Assembly: GCA_963707955.1 (NCBI GenBank)
Contig: OY970176.1
Coordinates: 2,016,001-2,080,000 of the forward strand
DNA from: Candidatus Bathyarchaeota archaeon
GTDB lineage: Archaea; Thermoproteota; Bathyarchaeia; Bathyarchaeales; Bathycorpusculaceae
DNA length: 64,000 nt
Direction of reading: 5' to 3'
Made by a program: the position numbers and the translations under genes. Of the stretch, positions 9,224 to 18,766 are shown in pieces (position 1 is the stretch's first letter; every line of letters begins with the position of its first letter). The notes under the pieces are model-generated. The model searched no databases. It saw nothing but the letters and a program-made list of their open reading frames with translations, and was not told the origin of the DNA.

Positions 9224-10573
9224 TCACGCCTCCGAGCCTAGGTTCTGATGCCGTTTTCGGCTCATCCTCGCTTCCACGGTCTCCTTGGACACTATCTCAA
9301 CAAGCTTGGCCTGCTTTCCCTCAACCTTTCTGAGCAGTCTTCCAAGCCTTTGAACGTACTCTCGTGTGCTTCCCGTTCCGCTGAGGATGAAGTCCACCGA
9401 AGCATCCGGAACGTCCACGCCCTCGTCGAGAACCTGAGAGGTAACTATCACCCTGTAACTTCCGTTTCTGAAGTTTTCCATGATTTCGCGGCGCTCCTGC
9501 TTCGGTGTTTGATAAGTCACGGCGGGTATCAGGAACCTGCGGCTTATCCTGTATACCAGGTCATTGTGCAGCGTGAAGATCAGTGTTCTTTCACTCTCGT
9601 GTGCTTCAAGCTGCTTGGCAAGCAGGTCCAGCTTTGCCTCGGAGTTCAACGCTACTCTCACCGCGCGGTTTCTGGCCAGAAGAGCCTCTCGCGCCTGCTT
9701 GTCCCTTCCAGTGGTCATTATGAACCTCTGAAAGTCCTCAGCGCTCCTCAGAACGATCCCCCTCTCCCTCAGATAACCGTTGAAAACGCTCATCTCGCCG
9801 TCGTAGACCTGCTGCTCCTCAGGAGTCAGCTCAACGTAAACCTTCTCGTAGGTGTACGGCGAAAGATGTTTTCCCGCCAACTCTTCGACGCCTACAGTAT
9901 AGACGAGGTCGCCGACAAGGGCTGGAAGAAGCGAGTGCCTTTGGTCGCTTCTCTCGTACGTAGCCGTCAGACCCATACGGTAAGGCGCAATGTACATCTC
10001 AGCGATCTGCATGTAACCCGGCGAAGCCAGATGGTGAACCTCATCGAACACCATGAACATGAACCTGTTGCCCAGCACGTCTGCCTGCAGATAAGCTGAG
10101 TCGTACGTGGACACGGTCAGCATTCTCACCGTGGATTCGCCGCCGCCCACGGTTCCCGCCTCCACGCCGAAGCATTCTTGCACTCTTCTTTTCCACTGAT
10201 CTATCAGGTCTAATGTTGGAACAACGACCAGAGTCTGCGTCTTCAAAAGACTAATCGCCTTCAACGCGATAAACGTCTTTCCAGCAGCGGTCGGAAGCAC
10301 CAGGATTCCCCGTTTGCCAGCCCGCCGCCATCTGACCAAAGCCTCGCTCTGGTAAGGACGCAGCTCAACCCCGCCATGCAGAGTCTCGACGGGAGGAAGG
10401 TTCGGAACGCTGTCCCGAAACTGAAGCATGCTCTCCTTCAAATAGGACAGCACGTCGCGGTAATGCGAGGCCTTGACCCTGTAACAGCCTACCCTAGGGT
10501 CCCACTTTCCGTAAGGAGTCCCAACGTCCCCCCGCAGCAGAAGAGTGCCCCTGTCAAACCAAAGATCGATCAT
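9224..10573 (-). CDS. xpb: XPB/Rad25-family SF2 helicase
   Basis: LRPYQ, LPTAAGKT, DEVHH, GLTATYER.D, VLDEGVDVPDA, QRLGRLLR. Confidence 0.93.
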   Translation of the reverse strand: MIDLWFDRGTLLLRGDVGTPYGKWDPRVGCYRVKASHYRDVLSYLKESMLQFRDSVPNLPPVETLHGGVELRPYQSEALVRWRRAGKRGILVLPTAAGKTFIALKAISLLKTQTLVVVPTLDLIDQWKRRVQECFGVEAGTVGGGESTVRMLTVSTYDSAYLQADVLGNRFMFMVFDEVHHLASPGYMQIAEMYIAPYRMGLTATYERSDQRHSLLPALVGDLVYTVGVEELAGKHLSPYTYEKVYVELTPEEQQVYDGEMSVFNGYLRERGIVLRSAEDFQRFIMTTGRDKQAREALLARNRAVRVALNSEAKLDLLAKQLEAHESERTLIFTLHNDLVYRISRRFLIPAVTYQTPKQERREIMENFRNGSYRVIVTSQVLDEGVDVPDASVDFILSGTGSTREYVQRLGRLLRKVEGKQAKLVEIVSKETVEARMSRKRHQNLGSEA

Positions 10574-10626
10574 GCATCAACAACGACCCTATTCACGAAT
10601 CGACTTGAAAACCCTTTTGCCAACGC

Positions 10627-10987
10627 ATGCCATTGAAAGTTAAGCTTGAACCGTACTTAGGATTTCTTCATTATGTTCAGGTTGGCAAGCCTAGTTTAGT
10701 GCGTGATTTTCAGGAACTCTACCGCTACTTGATAGATGACTATCTGATTGAACGGTGTCAGAAATTGCTTAAGAAGGATTTTGTAGCGCGCGCGTGCGAA
10801 TTTAAGACTAATGATTTAGCTGAAGGTTTGAATTTGCTTTTTGACCGATTTGTCGAGGTTCTCAGGAATCAGGCATGGCAGTAGGCAAACCATTGACACG
10901 TTGATTAATGAATAGGCCTATTTGCTTGCTAAGTTTCTGAGGCGTGAACGGGAAACATGGGTTCCAAGAATACTGAGCCTAGACTGA
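10627..10987 (+). pseudogene. cas1: Remnant of a solo Cas1 (C-terminal half only; apparent internal deletion, frameshift, stop)
   Basis: LEPYLGFLH...KPSLV.DFQELYRYLID; after a frameshift near 10866 continues IRHGSRQTIDTLINE*AYLLAKFLRRERETWVPRI. Confidence 0.8.
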
Positions 10988-11185
10988 TAGAAAGCGGAGA
11001 TATCTCCCGAAGACCCTACTTTTGGTAGGATTTCGGATTGACATATCATATCGCCAAAAGAACAAAGTGAGGACAGACACTTAAAAAGAATATGTCGAAA
11101 GGGTACTGGTGCGTTAAGGGACATAACGATGGCTCATTAAACATAGATATATCTCAAAAGCATCGTATAGTAGTGGAGCATTGCA

Positions 11186-12343
11186 ATGAGTCTCCAAAGA
11201 ATAAAAGATTCCCAAACAACATTAACTCTGATTGTTGCCACAGTTTTGTTTGCTCCAGCCGAGGTTGTTCTGTTTTATGCGGGAATACTTGTATCAACAA
11301 ACTGGTCGACTATGAATGGTCAAACAACTCAGATATTTGTGCTAAGAGACTATGGAGTTTGGTATCTGGCAGGTTGGTCAATTTTGCCAATTCTCTATTG
11401 TATAATTGCATCTCTCTATTTCTCACCAAAAAGAATTGTTTCGCCCTTAAATACGCAGATTTTTGCTTGGTTAATACTGTCTGTAGTCGAGTTTCTACAC
11501 GAATACGACACGCTTTATTCGTATTACAATTACTACACTCACACACCTCCACCAGTTGCCCAAATAAACACAATGATTTCAACATGGGCTTCCAATTCGT
11601 TTGCTTTATTCTTCATCTTTGTTTTTGCTGGTCTCGGTCAACTGCTTATGGTTCGATTGATGGTGGGTCCTAATTTGATTGGTGTATGGCGAAAAACGTA
11701 CGCTGTTAATGCAAAATGCGAGGTTCTTGATAGCGTTCTTTGTGAATTAGAAGATTACAGAAGACACGAAGAGGATGACGGTCTTATCGTTTATAAAATG
11801 CCTACAGGATTTGTTGATAAGGTTCTTATGGTTCTTGGTCCTGATCCGAGAAACAAGGATCATTCCCTTCTTGCAACTGTAGCTTACCATTCTGGAGTTT
11901 ACTCCTATGAACAAAGCGATGAATCAGCAGTTAAGAGAAATAGAACAATCTTTGAAATAGAGGGTAGATTACGGCATGCAGATTCTCCCGCCACTATAGA
12001 AGAGTTGAAAGAAGAATTGTATGATCCTGCAACAGCAAGAGCGTATGATTTAGCAATTAAGCCAACTCGGACACCGTTCAAAAGAATGGAAAAACTTGTT
12101 TCTCAAATTCCACCCTTCTACAAATGGTTCATGGCTATAACATCCGTTCTAATTGTGCTGGTTCAGGTAGCTTATTTCACATCCTACTTCCATATTGATA
12201 CGAATACATGGATAAGCACAACTGTGCTTTTGCTCTTTGCCTTTTTTGCAGAAGCAGCGATACCTTTGAGGGATGAGATTCAAGCTCGATTGAAAGAACG
12301 ATTAAGAAAAGAAGCGAGTGCTGATAAAGAGGGCAAGCCTTAA
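11186..12343 (+). CDS. Multi-pass membrane protein (transposon passenger)
   Basis: 385 aa; about 4 N-terminal and 2 C-terminal hydrophobic helices around a soluble domain. Confidence 0.75.
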   Translation: MSLQRIKDSQTTLTLIVATVLFAPAEVVLFYAGILVSTNWSTMNGQTTQIFVLRDYGVWYLAGWSILPILYCIIASLYFSPKRIVSPLNTQIFAWLILSVVEFLHEYDTLYSYYNYYTHTPPPVAQINTMISTWASNSFALFFIFVFAGLGQLLMVRLMVGPNLIGVWRKTYAVNAKCEVLDSVLCELEDYRRHEEDDGLIVYKMPTGFVDKVLMVLGPDPRNKDHSLLATVAYHSGVYSYEQSDESAVKRNRTIFEIEGRLRHADSPATIEELKEELYDPATARAYDLAIKPTRTPFKRMEKLVSQIPPFYKWFMAITSVLIVLVQVAYFTSYFHIDTNTWISTTVLLLFAFFAEAAIPLRDEIQARLKERLRKEASADKEGKP

Positions 12344-12366
12344 ATACTAAATATGGCTTATAGGAT

Positions 12367-13272
12367 ATGTATAGGAGCGTAATAGGAATGAAATGCAAAT
12401 ACTGCGACTCCGAGAAAGTCGTGAAGGCTGGTATGAAGGGCAATAAGCAGAGATACCTCTGCAACGATTGTGGTCACAAGTTTGTTGAAGGTTCAGATTT
12501 TCCGAGAATGAGAACCGAGGCACGCATCATATCTTCTAGCATTGACTTTTATTTTGAAGGATTAAGCACTAGAAAGATTCAGACTCAGATTGAGAAACTC
12601 TATGGCGTTCATGTTGACCATTCAACAGTGTTAAGGTGGATCTTGAAATACTCTAACCTAGTCTCTCAGTATGTCGAAACACTAACGCCTCAGTTGCTAG
12701 GTATCTATCACGTTGACGAAACAGTGATTAAGTGTAAGGGTGTTCAAAAGTGGTTCTGGGAAATTATTGACGACCAGACTAAATTCCTAGTTGCTGGTCA
12801 CTTGTCAGGTTCAAGAACAGCCGAAGATGCAATCACTCTTTTTGAGAAAAGCATCAGAGTAGCTAAGAAGAAACCAACTTCAATTTACTGTGATGGGTTG
12901 CCTTCTTACGTGGATGGTTACAACAAGGTTTTCAGAACCATGCGAAAGGACACAAGACCAGAGTTGATAAGGAAAGTTGGCATCAGAGCAGTTCATAATC
13001 AGAACGTAGTCGAAAGATTACACAGTACTTTGAAGGATAGGATAAAACCAACCAGAGGCTTGAAAGGAGAAAACACTGTTAGAACTTTGCTCGAAGGATG
13101 GGTTGTCCACTACAACTATGTGCGAAAGCATCAGACTTTGAAGATGACTCCTGCACAAGCTTCTGGTCTAAACGTGAAGAATGACTGGTACACTTTGGTT
13201 AAGGATGCAACGAAGAATGAGACGAAGAAAGAGGAAAAGCAAGTTCCGCAAATTGAGGTGACTGTAAAATGA
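12367..13272 (+). CDS. IS6/IS240-family DDE transposase with N-terminal zinc ribbon (likely start 12388)
   Basis: CxxC...QRYLCxxC; V.HSTV.RWI; HVDETVIK; IYCDGL.SY; QNVVERLHSTLK.R; HYNYVR.H. Confidence 0.9.
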   Translation: MYRSVIGMKCKYCDSEKVVKAGMKGNKQRYLCNDCGHKFVEGSDFPRMRTEARIISSSIDFYFEGLSTRKIQTQIEKLYGVHVDHSTVLRWILKYSNLVSQYVETLTPQLLGIYHVDETVIKCKGVQKWFWEIIDDQTKFLVAGHLSGSRTAEDAITLFEKSIRVAKKKPTSIYCDGLPSYVDGYNKVFRTMRKDTRPELIRKVGIRAVHNQNVVERLHSTLKDRIKPTRGLKGENTVRTLLEGWVVHYNYVRKHQTLKMTPAQASGLNVKNDWYTLVKDATKNETKKEEKQVPQIEVTVK

Positions 13273-13424
13273 AGAAGATTCTTGTTAGCCTTCCAGAAGG
13301 TATATTCAAGATTGTCAAAGAATTGAAAGGACAGCTTGGAGACAGCGATTCTGAGGTTGTTCGCACTATGGTGATAAGTTTCCTCAGTGAGAAAGGATAC
13401 TTGGCTAAGAGGGAGAATGAATGA
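13269..13424 (+). CDS. CopG/ribbon-helix-helix protein (51 aa; not in the ORF track)
   Basis: MKKILVSLPEGIFKIVKELKGQLGDSDSEVVRTMVISFLSEKGYL; ATGA overlaps on both sides. Confidence 0.75.
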   Translation: MKKILVSLPEGIFKIVKELKGQLGDSDSEVVRTMVISFLSEKGYLAKRENE

Positions 13425-13615
13425 GTAAACGCAAGAAAGACCGCATTAAAGAACTGGCTTTGGAACTTGATATAGTTGATCACATGATTGCTGCGTTGGT
13501 GGATGTTTTAGAAAAGAAGGGTATTTTGACCTCTGCAGAATGGGAAAAAGAGGTAAAGTTGAAGGTTGAAAAAGCAGCAAAGACAACGCAAAGTTTCAGG
13601 GAGATAGAATCTTAG
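13421..13615 (+). CDS. Small hypothetical protein
   Basis: 64-aa ORF, translationally coupled; ALVDVLEKKGILTSAEW. Confidence 0.7.
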   Translation: MSKRKKDRIKELALELDIVDHMIAALVDVLEKKGILTSAEWEKEVKLKVEKAAKTTQSFREIES

Positions 13616-13616
13616 A

Positions 13617-14123
13617 TTGCAAACCAAAAGCCACGACAGTTTGCATGAAACAATAGTAGCGAAAACTTTGCCTAGATTTGTTGAAAGGCTAAAGAAAGAA
13701 AGGCTTGTCTCTGATTACAATAGAGACAGTTTCCATGTTGAAATAAAGCATTTCAATGAAACTCATATGTTCAACATAAAACCCGATTTGGTTTTAGTTT
13801 TACCTGACAAAGCGAAGTTTCTAATCGAGGTAGTCAACCCCAGAGACCCGAAAAGATTACTAGGCGAGATTGTCTATCTTCAAATTCTTGGTTCTCGAAG
13901 GCTCATTGATAATGGAATAATCTTCCTACTCCCACTAGGGTCTGAACACCCAACAGCACCCATGAAAGGTTTGAGACTTTCATTCACATCACTCGCTACT
14001 GGTCTGGAGCAAATCGTTTCTACAAAGATTCCGTGTGATATAGCCTCATGGTCAACGACTGAGGAAAACAACTACGTCAATTTGAGAGGCTCTATTATAT
14101 ATCGTCCTAAGTTGCACTTATAG
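13617..14123 (+). CDS. PD-(D/E)xK nuclease-like protein
   Basis: H near N-terminus; KPDLVL...FLIEVVN. Confidence 0.55.
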   Translation: MQTKSHDSLHETIVAKTLPRFVERLKKERLVSDYNRDSFHVEIKHFNETHMFNIKPDLVLVLPDKAKFLIEVVNPRDPKRLLGEIVYLQILGSRRLIDNGIIFLLPLGSEHPTAPMKGLRLSFTSLATGLEQIVSTKIPCDIASWSTTEENNYVNLRGSIIYRPKLHL

Positions 14124-14369
14124 GAGAAGTTTGCATGAGCGAACAAAAAACGAATCCACCTAATATTCTCCCATGTCCCTTAACGCACCAGTTTCTGTCG
14201 AAAGCGTAGAACATGGAAACGGTAAAATCAACTGGTCAAACTGGCTTAAAAAACATATTACTAGACTGTCCAAGAGGAGAATACACTTTATCCAAACTAC
14301 ATCTTGGAACGGTTTGCAAGTTGAAGTCGAGTTAATAAACGGGCTCCTCAGAATAGTCAATAGACACTC

Positions 14370-15197
14370 ATGACCAATCTGATTTCAGTTTCTAGTGCAC
14401 CTATCGCTGGGTTTGGGGACAAGGAATACTACGACCTTCTGGGCACGATTGAAGTGATGAAAAAAGTCTCTGAAGAGGTTGTGGTTGATGGTTTTGAGTT
14501 GCAACTTGAACCAGAATGGGACTGCGAAAATGCACCATTAACCGATGCTGACTGGGCTGATTGGACTAAGACTCCCAAATTTACTTTTGAAGAAGTTGTG
14601 GAACTAATCAAAAGTGAGGGTCTACCAATCCTTTCTGTTCATGCGAGCAGGGATGTCGGAAGTTATCTCTGCTCTGAGAAGGAAAGAGATTGGGAGAAGG
14701 GAAAGCGTGTCATTTATGGTGCATTGTCAGTTGCTGAAGGATTGGGAGCGGAGGTTTGTGTATTTCATCTTTGGGACACTTGGAAAAGCAGTTTCGATTT
14801 GCGAAATGTCGAGAACATTTTTCTGAAGACAGCGGAACAGTTTCCAAAGGTTAAAGCTTCGGTTGAAAATATCCCAACACATCTAGAAGGTTATTCTCCG
14901 TTCATGTTGGTTGGGTCTGCCAATTATGTGACTTTAGACTTGAGATGGGCAACTATGTATAAGGAGCTTGACGCTTTCGAGTCGATAATTAACGGTATTG
15001 TGAATGTTCATCTGCGAGGGAGTCTGAAGGAGAGTAAATGGGTTCTAGAGCGTTCAGACTTTGATTTCTATGAAGCCTTGAACAAAATAAGAAAGGAATG
15101 GAAATATTCAGGATTGCTCACAGTCGAGCCTGAAGGTAGAATAGACGGGTCATTGTTTGAAAGCTTCCTAGAAGCGATGCACACCTTGAAGACGTAG
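14370..15197 (+). CDS. Xylose isomerase/AP endonuclease 2-like TIM-barrel protein
   Basis: GFELQ, LSVHA, VFHL, SVENIP, TLD, NVHLRG, LTVEP metal-binding pattern. Confidence 0.8.
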   Translation: MTNLISVSSAPIAGFGDKEYYDLLGTIEVMKKVSEEVVVDGFELQLEPEWDCENAPLTDADWADWTKTPKFTFEEVVELIKSEGLPILSVHASRDVGSYLCSEKERDWEKGKRVIYGALSVAEGLGAEVCVFHLWDTWKSSFDLRNVENIFLKTAEQFPKVKASVENIPTHLEGYSPFMLVGSANYVTLDLRWATMYKELDAFESIINGIVNVHLRGSLKESKWVLERSDFDFYEALNKIRKEWKYSGLLTVEPEGRIDGSLFESFLEAMHTLKT

Positions 15198-15249
15198 ATT
15201 CCTATTTGTTCAGCTATAACTTTTCCGCAAAACCAAAAACTGGCTTTCT

Positions 15250-15786
15250 TCAAGCTTTCTTAGTCAGTATCTTTGGTTCTTTCCATTCTTCTCTCAGGAT
15301 ACTGTAGATATAGGAATCTACCCATTCTCCTCTCATGAAAAAGCTTTTACGAAGTGTTCCTTCCTTCTTAAACCCAACTTTCTCTAAGAGTTTGTTAGAG
15401 GCTACATTTCTTGGGTCAGTTTGGGCTTGAATACGCATTGTGTCTTTTGAGAGAAACAAGTAATCCACCATTAACTGTGTAGCTTCGGTACAGTACCCTT
15501 TTCCCCTCTCACTTGGCACTAAGCTATAGCCTATTTCTAGTTGCTTGCCCGCAACATGTAGGACATAAAAATGACCTATGAAACCAATTTTGCTTCCGTC
15601 CTTTTTCTCTATGATGAATGACTTCTCTTCATGAGGGTTCTCAAACATTTTTTCTGCTTCTGTTCTGGACACCTGATGTAGAGGATTGTATTCACCAAAG
15701 ACCTCAGGCTTGTTGAACCATTCTGCAATTAGTGGCAAATCCTCTTTCTCCATAATCCTCAAATTCACATTTTTACCTTCAAGCAA
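15250..15786 (-). CDS. GNAT N-acetyltransferase, RimJ/RimL family
   Basis: EIGYSL.PSERGKGYCTEA; N.AS..LLEK.GF..EG.LR; YSILREEW. Confidence 0.92.
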   Translation of the reverse strand: MLEGKNVNLRIMEKEDLPLIAEWFNKPEVFGEYNPLHQVSRTEAEKMFENPHEEKSFIIEKKDGSKIGFIGHFYVLHVAGKQLEIGYSLVPSERGKGYCTEATQLMVDYLFLSKDTMRIQAQTDPRNVASNKLLEKVGFKKEGTLRKSFFMRGEWVDSYIYSILREEWKEPKILTKKA

Positions 15787-15858
15787 GTTAACTCACCAAC
15801 CCAACATTTCAAGTCGATTCGGCTATAACTTTTCCGCAAAACCAAAAACTGATTATCT

Positions 15859-16395
15859 TCAAGCGGTTTTTGTCAATATCTTCGGTCCTTCCCATTCTTC
15901 TCTGAGAATGCTGAAGAGGAACATATCTGTCCATTCTCCTCTGCAGAAGTAGCACTTTCGCATTGTTCCTTCTCTCTTAAACCCAGCCTTTTCCAGAATC
16001 TTCTGGGAAATCACATTCTTGGTGTGAGTCGTTGCTACTATTCGAGGAATGTCCTTTGAAAGGAAAAGATAGTCCACCATTAGCTGTGCAGCTTCAGTGG
16101 AATAGCCTTTTCCTCTCTCACTTGGAACGAGACCATAGGCAAGTTCTACCATACTCATATAAGTATTAAGAAAGTTGAAATGCATAATCCAACCAATTTT
16201 GCTTCCGTCTTTCTTCTCAATGATAAAATGCTTCGTTTCGAAAACGGTACTCTCCAAGAACTTCTCCATCCCTGCCCTAGTACCCTGTGTTGGAGAGAAA
16301 TATTCAGCAAAGTCTGGGTTATTCCACCAGTCCACAAGAAACGGCACATCCTCTTTCTCTGCAACCCTCAAATTCACATTCTTGCCTTCAAGCAA
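15859..16395 (-). CDS. GNAT N-acetyltransferase, RimJ/RimL family (tandem paralog)
   Basis: Same motifs and length as the neighbour but diverged sequence. Confidence 0.92.
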   Translation of the reverse strand: MLEGKNVNLRVAEKEDVPFLVDWWNNPDFAEYFSPTQGTRAGMEKFLESTVFETKHFIIEKKDGSKIGWIMHFNFLNTYMSMVELAYGLVPSERGKGYSTEAAQLMVDYLFLSKDIPRIVATTHTKNVISQKILEKAGFKREGTMRKCYFCRGEWTDMFLFSILREEWEGPKILTKTA

Positions 16396-16464
16396 ACCTG
16401 ACCACCAATCTAGGTGTTTAAGTCGGTTCAGCTATAACTTTTCCGCAAAACCGGTCCCAACATG

Positions 16465-16905
16465 CTAAAGGCTTCCTATGTAGGTGTAGGTTCTTGGCAC
16501 GCTCATTGCTTTGAGTGTTGTGTAGCGACAGTAACCATCAACGAGTTGATAGTCTTCCTTTCGTATAATCAAAGGTGAGAGAACTACTGCCCCCGCTTCC
16601 ATGTTGTGTCGAAGTTCTGCACTTCTCTTCTCAAGGCTCTTTGAAAAAACATAGCCCCTCTCAGGGTCCACGTAGTTCATAATATCGGGGTCTAGCTTTA
16701 TTCGGGTTATATCCATTATTTTCAGATGCCATTTGCGTCTTGCAAGAGTCGTCAGCCACGGGTCATCTTTTGGGTCTCTATGTTCACTTCTGGCATCTGC
16801 TTCCCACTCTTTTAGAATTTCAGAGTTGACGAAATCGTATATTGCATCAAGGTCGTCAATCACCCAGTAGCTTATCCCTTCAAGTCTCCGAATAGGCGTG
16901 TTCAA
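16465..16905 (-). CDS. ParB/Srx-like domain protein
   Basis: SPLII....YQLVDGYCRY..LK motif. Confidence 0.65.
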   Translation of the reverse strand: MNTPIRRLEGISYWVIDDLDAIYDFVNSEILKEWEADARSEHRDPKDDPWLTTLARRKWHLKIMDITRIKLDPDIMNYVDPERGYVFSKSLEKRSAELRHNMEAGAVVLSPLIIRKEDYQLVDGYCRYTTLKAMSVPRTYTYIGSL

Positions 16906-17358
16906 GACATCTCGCCGTCTAGGTTCTTTGCGTTGTTCTTATTTGAAGTATCTGAAATTTGGCTATGACTTTTCTGCAAAACCAAAAACTGTGTCTGTCT
17001 GCGTGCGTGGGCTGTGTGTTTTTTTGTTTTTGTTTGTTTGTGTCAAGGTGTAGAAAGTAAGAGAGATAATTAATAGTAATAAGAGAAGTGAAGAAGAAGA
17101 AAAAGATAAAAGTTTACCCTCCCACACACAACAACGTTGGTTCGTGGCTTTCTGGGTTGCCTCGCTGGTCGCGAGGTGCCTGCAACCCAATAGGCTCAGC
17201 CAATACAGAGACAACAGCAATGGCATTACTACCTTACAATAATGAAGTTATTTCTAGGATACAAAATCTAACTGAACTGTAGAGATTTAACACAAGAAGA
17301 GTTGTAGTTATCTGGAATTAAGAAAAAAGAAGGGAGGGTTAGTTTTGGAGGTTTGAGG

Positions 17359-17691
17359 CTATTTGCCCTTTAGAATTTTCATGGCTTCTTCCATGGTCGG
17401 GAAAACCAATTTGACTTCGGTTGTCTCGGTTGCCATTAATGCCATAACTTCTGGTTCCATACTGGCTTTTTGGAAAGCTTCTAAATTTGGGGCTTCCATT
17501 ATGAAGACGCTCAGATGTTCTGTCTCGACACTCCCACCCCAAAGCATCTTTACTTTGTACTTCTTCGATATTTTGTCCATGCTGCTCAACCAATCCAGGT
17601 AGACCTTTCTTGTCTTTTCATGTACCAAAGGGCAGTTTTCGGGCGCATGCCTTGAAAGCACTAAGAATGTAGGCATATTAACACGCTCCAA
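17359..17691 (-). CDS. Dimeric alpha+beta barrel (DUF3303/GYD-like) protein
   Basis: FLVLSRH.PENCP...EH...FIMEAPN. Confidence 0.6.
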   Translation of the reverse strand: MERVNMPTFLVLSRHAPENCPLVHEKTRKVYLDWLSSMDKISKKYKVKMLWGGSVETEHLSVFIMEAPNLEAFQKASMEPEVMALMATETTEVKLVFPTMEEAMKILKGK

Positions 17692-17838
17692 ACTATCTTT
17701 TTTGCACGAACAATATAAAAGACTTTGCTCGGAAGTTTACAACAAATAAAAGTGTGTGTGTTATGTGTGTTTGTTGTGTGTGAAGAGAGACTAAGTAAGT
17801 ATAGTAGAGTGAGTTAGGGAGTCGTAGTAGTAGAGCAA

Positions 17839-17912
17839 GGGTTTTGGTGTTTTGGGTTTTGGGATAAAACTTTACCCCCCAAACCCAAACCCAAAAAAAA
17901 CACACAAAACCC
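17839..17912. repeat. Long imperfect palindrome centred on GGGATAAAACTTTACCCC
   Basis: GGGTTTTGGTGTTTTGGGTTTT-core-CCAAACCCAAACCCAAAAAAAACACACAAAACCC. Confidence 0.75.
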
Positions 17913-17981
17913 ATGTGAGAAATGCAGAACTGTTATAACAAGAAAAAAATAGGGAGTAGATAGTATGGTTCGAGTAGCGGG

Positions 17982-18482
17982 TTAGCTTGTTGTGATCGAC
18001 CACTCGCATGGGATTTTTCCTGTTTTCGCCGTGGCTTTCCATCCCAACAGTTTTGCTGTGTCCACGACTGATGAAGCACAGAATTCGCACAGTGGTGTTC
18101 CAGGACCTCCAACGCCAATTTTTGATGCCCCACATGTGGTTGCTTGAAGAACAACCTTCCTGGGCGACTCTTCAAGAACTTTTATGTCGTTGCCTACGAT
18201 CTGAAAGAATGTGCGAGCATAGTTCAGAGCCTTTAATGCTCCCTCTCCTGGCGTTTGTTTCCACACATCCGAGTTAACAGAATCCTTCGCGAAAGCAGCA
18301 AAGAATTTCTTAACCCCTTCGTCACCATAATTGCTTCTGATGAAGGCTATGGCACTTATCATTCCCACGTTGCCGAAAGACCTGGCGCCTGCAAGTTTCT
18401 CCTCTAAAGAAAGAGCTTTGCCCATATTCATCTCCTCACCCTCTACCATCTCTAGTTTCCACTTATAACATTTTGTATTCAA
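17982..18482 (-). CDS. V4R/ATC-hydrolase-like ligand-binding protein (true start probably near 18430)
   Basis: Conserved-looking Cys pattern TTCG...LCEFC...PCEW. Confidence 0.55.
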   Translation of the reverse strand: MNTKCYKWKLEMVEGEEMNMGKALSLEEKLAGARSFGNVGMISAIAFIRSNYGDEGVKKFFAAFAKDSVNSDVWKQTPGEGALKALNYARTFFQIVGNDIKVLEESPRKVVLQATTCGASKIGVGGPGTPLCEFCASSVVDTAKLLGWKATAKTGKIPCEWSITTS

Positions 18483-18766
18483 CTAGAAGCATTAGTTTGG
18501 TAGTAATTTGGCACAACAACTCTGGGAATCCAATTTTCCCTTTCATTTCTCAAATATTTGGCAAACAGTAAAGCGCGCGCTGTTGATCTTTCTAGTCAAT
18601 CGTGATTTCACGGGCGGAGGAATATTGACTTCAGTGGGCATCGTGCTTGCACTGCTGGCACGCAAGCTTGAGCATCTGAAGGTCAGAACAGAGTTATTTG
18701 AGATCGAAGTTCAGCTCAACTAGAGTTATGTGGTCGGTTTATCACGCCTGAGCTCTCAACCGCACG

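Larger units (their letters stand above)
11102..14195. mobile_element. IS6-like transposon with passenger genes
   Basis: Perfect 20-bp inverted repeat ACTGGTGCGTTAAGGGACAT (11105-11124 / 14173-14192); direct repeat TGTCGAAAG at 11093-11101 and 14196-14204; internal DDE transposase. Confidence 0.88.
15213..16991. repeat. Four direct copies of GCTATAACTTTTCCGCAAAACC(AAAAACTG) separating genes
   Basis: Copies at 15213-15242, 15822-15851, 16431-16452 (22-nt core) and 16962-16991 (2 mismatches). Confidence 0.9.

Noticed and set aside
9248-10099. 283-aa plus-strand ORF
   Set aside because: Antisense shadow of the XPB helicase; no motifs.
10600-11100. Functional CRISPR-Cas locus or intact casposon
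   Set aside because: Only a broken cas1 fragment; no array, cas2 or PolB in the window.
11092-11673. 193-aa Cys-rich ORF
   Set aside because: Alternative frame of the membrane protein gene, and it crosses the transposon end.
15213-16991. Integron attC sites or a CRISPR array
   Set aside because: No RYYYAAC...GTTRRRY paired ends or long attC hairpin, and no intI. Spacers are 500-600 bp genes, not 30-40 bp.
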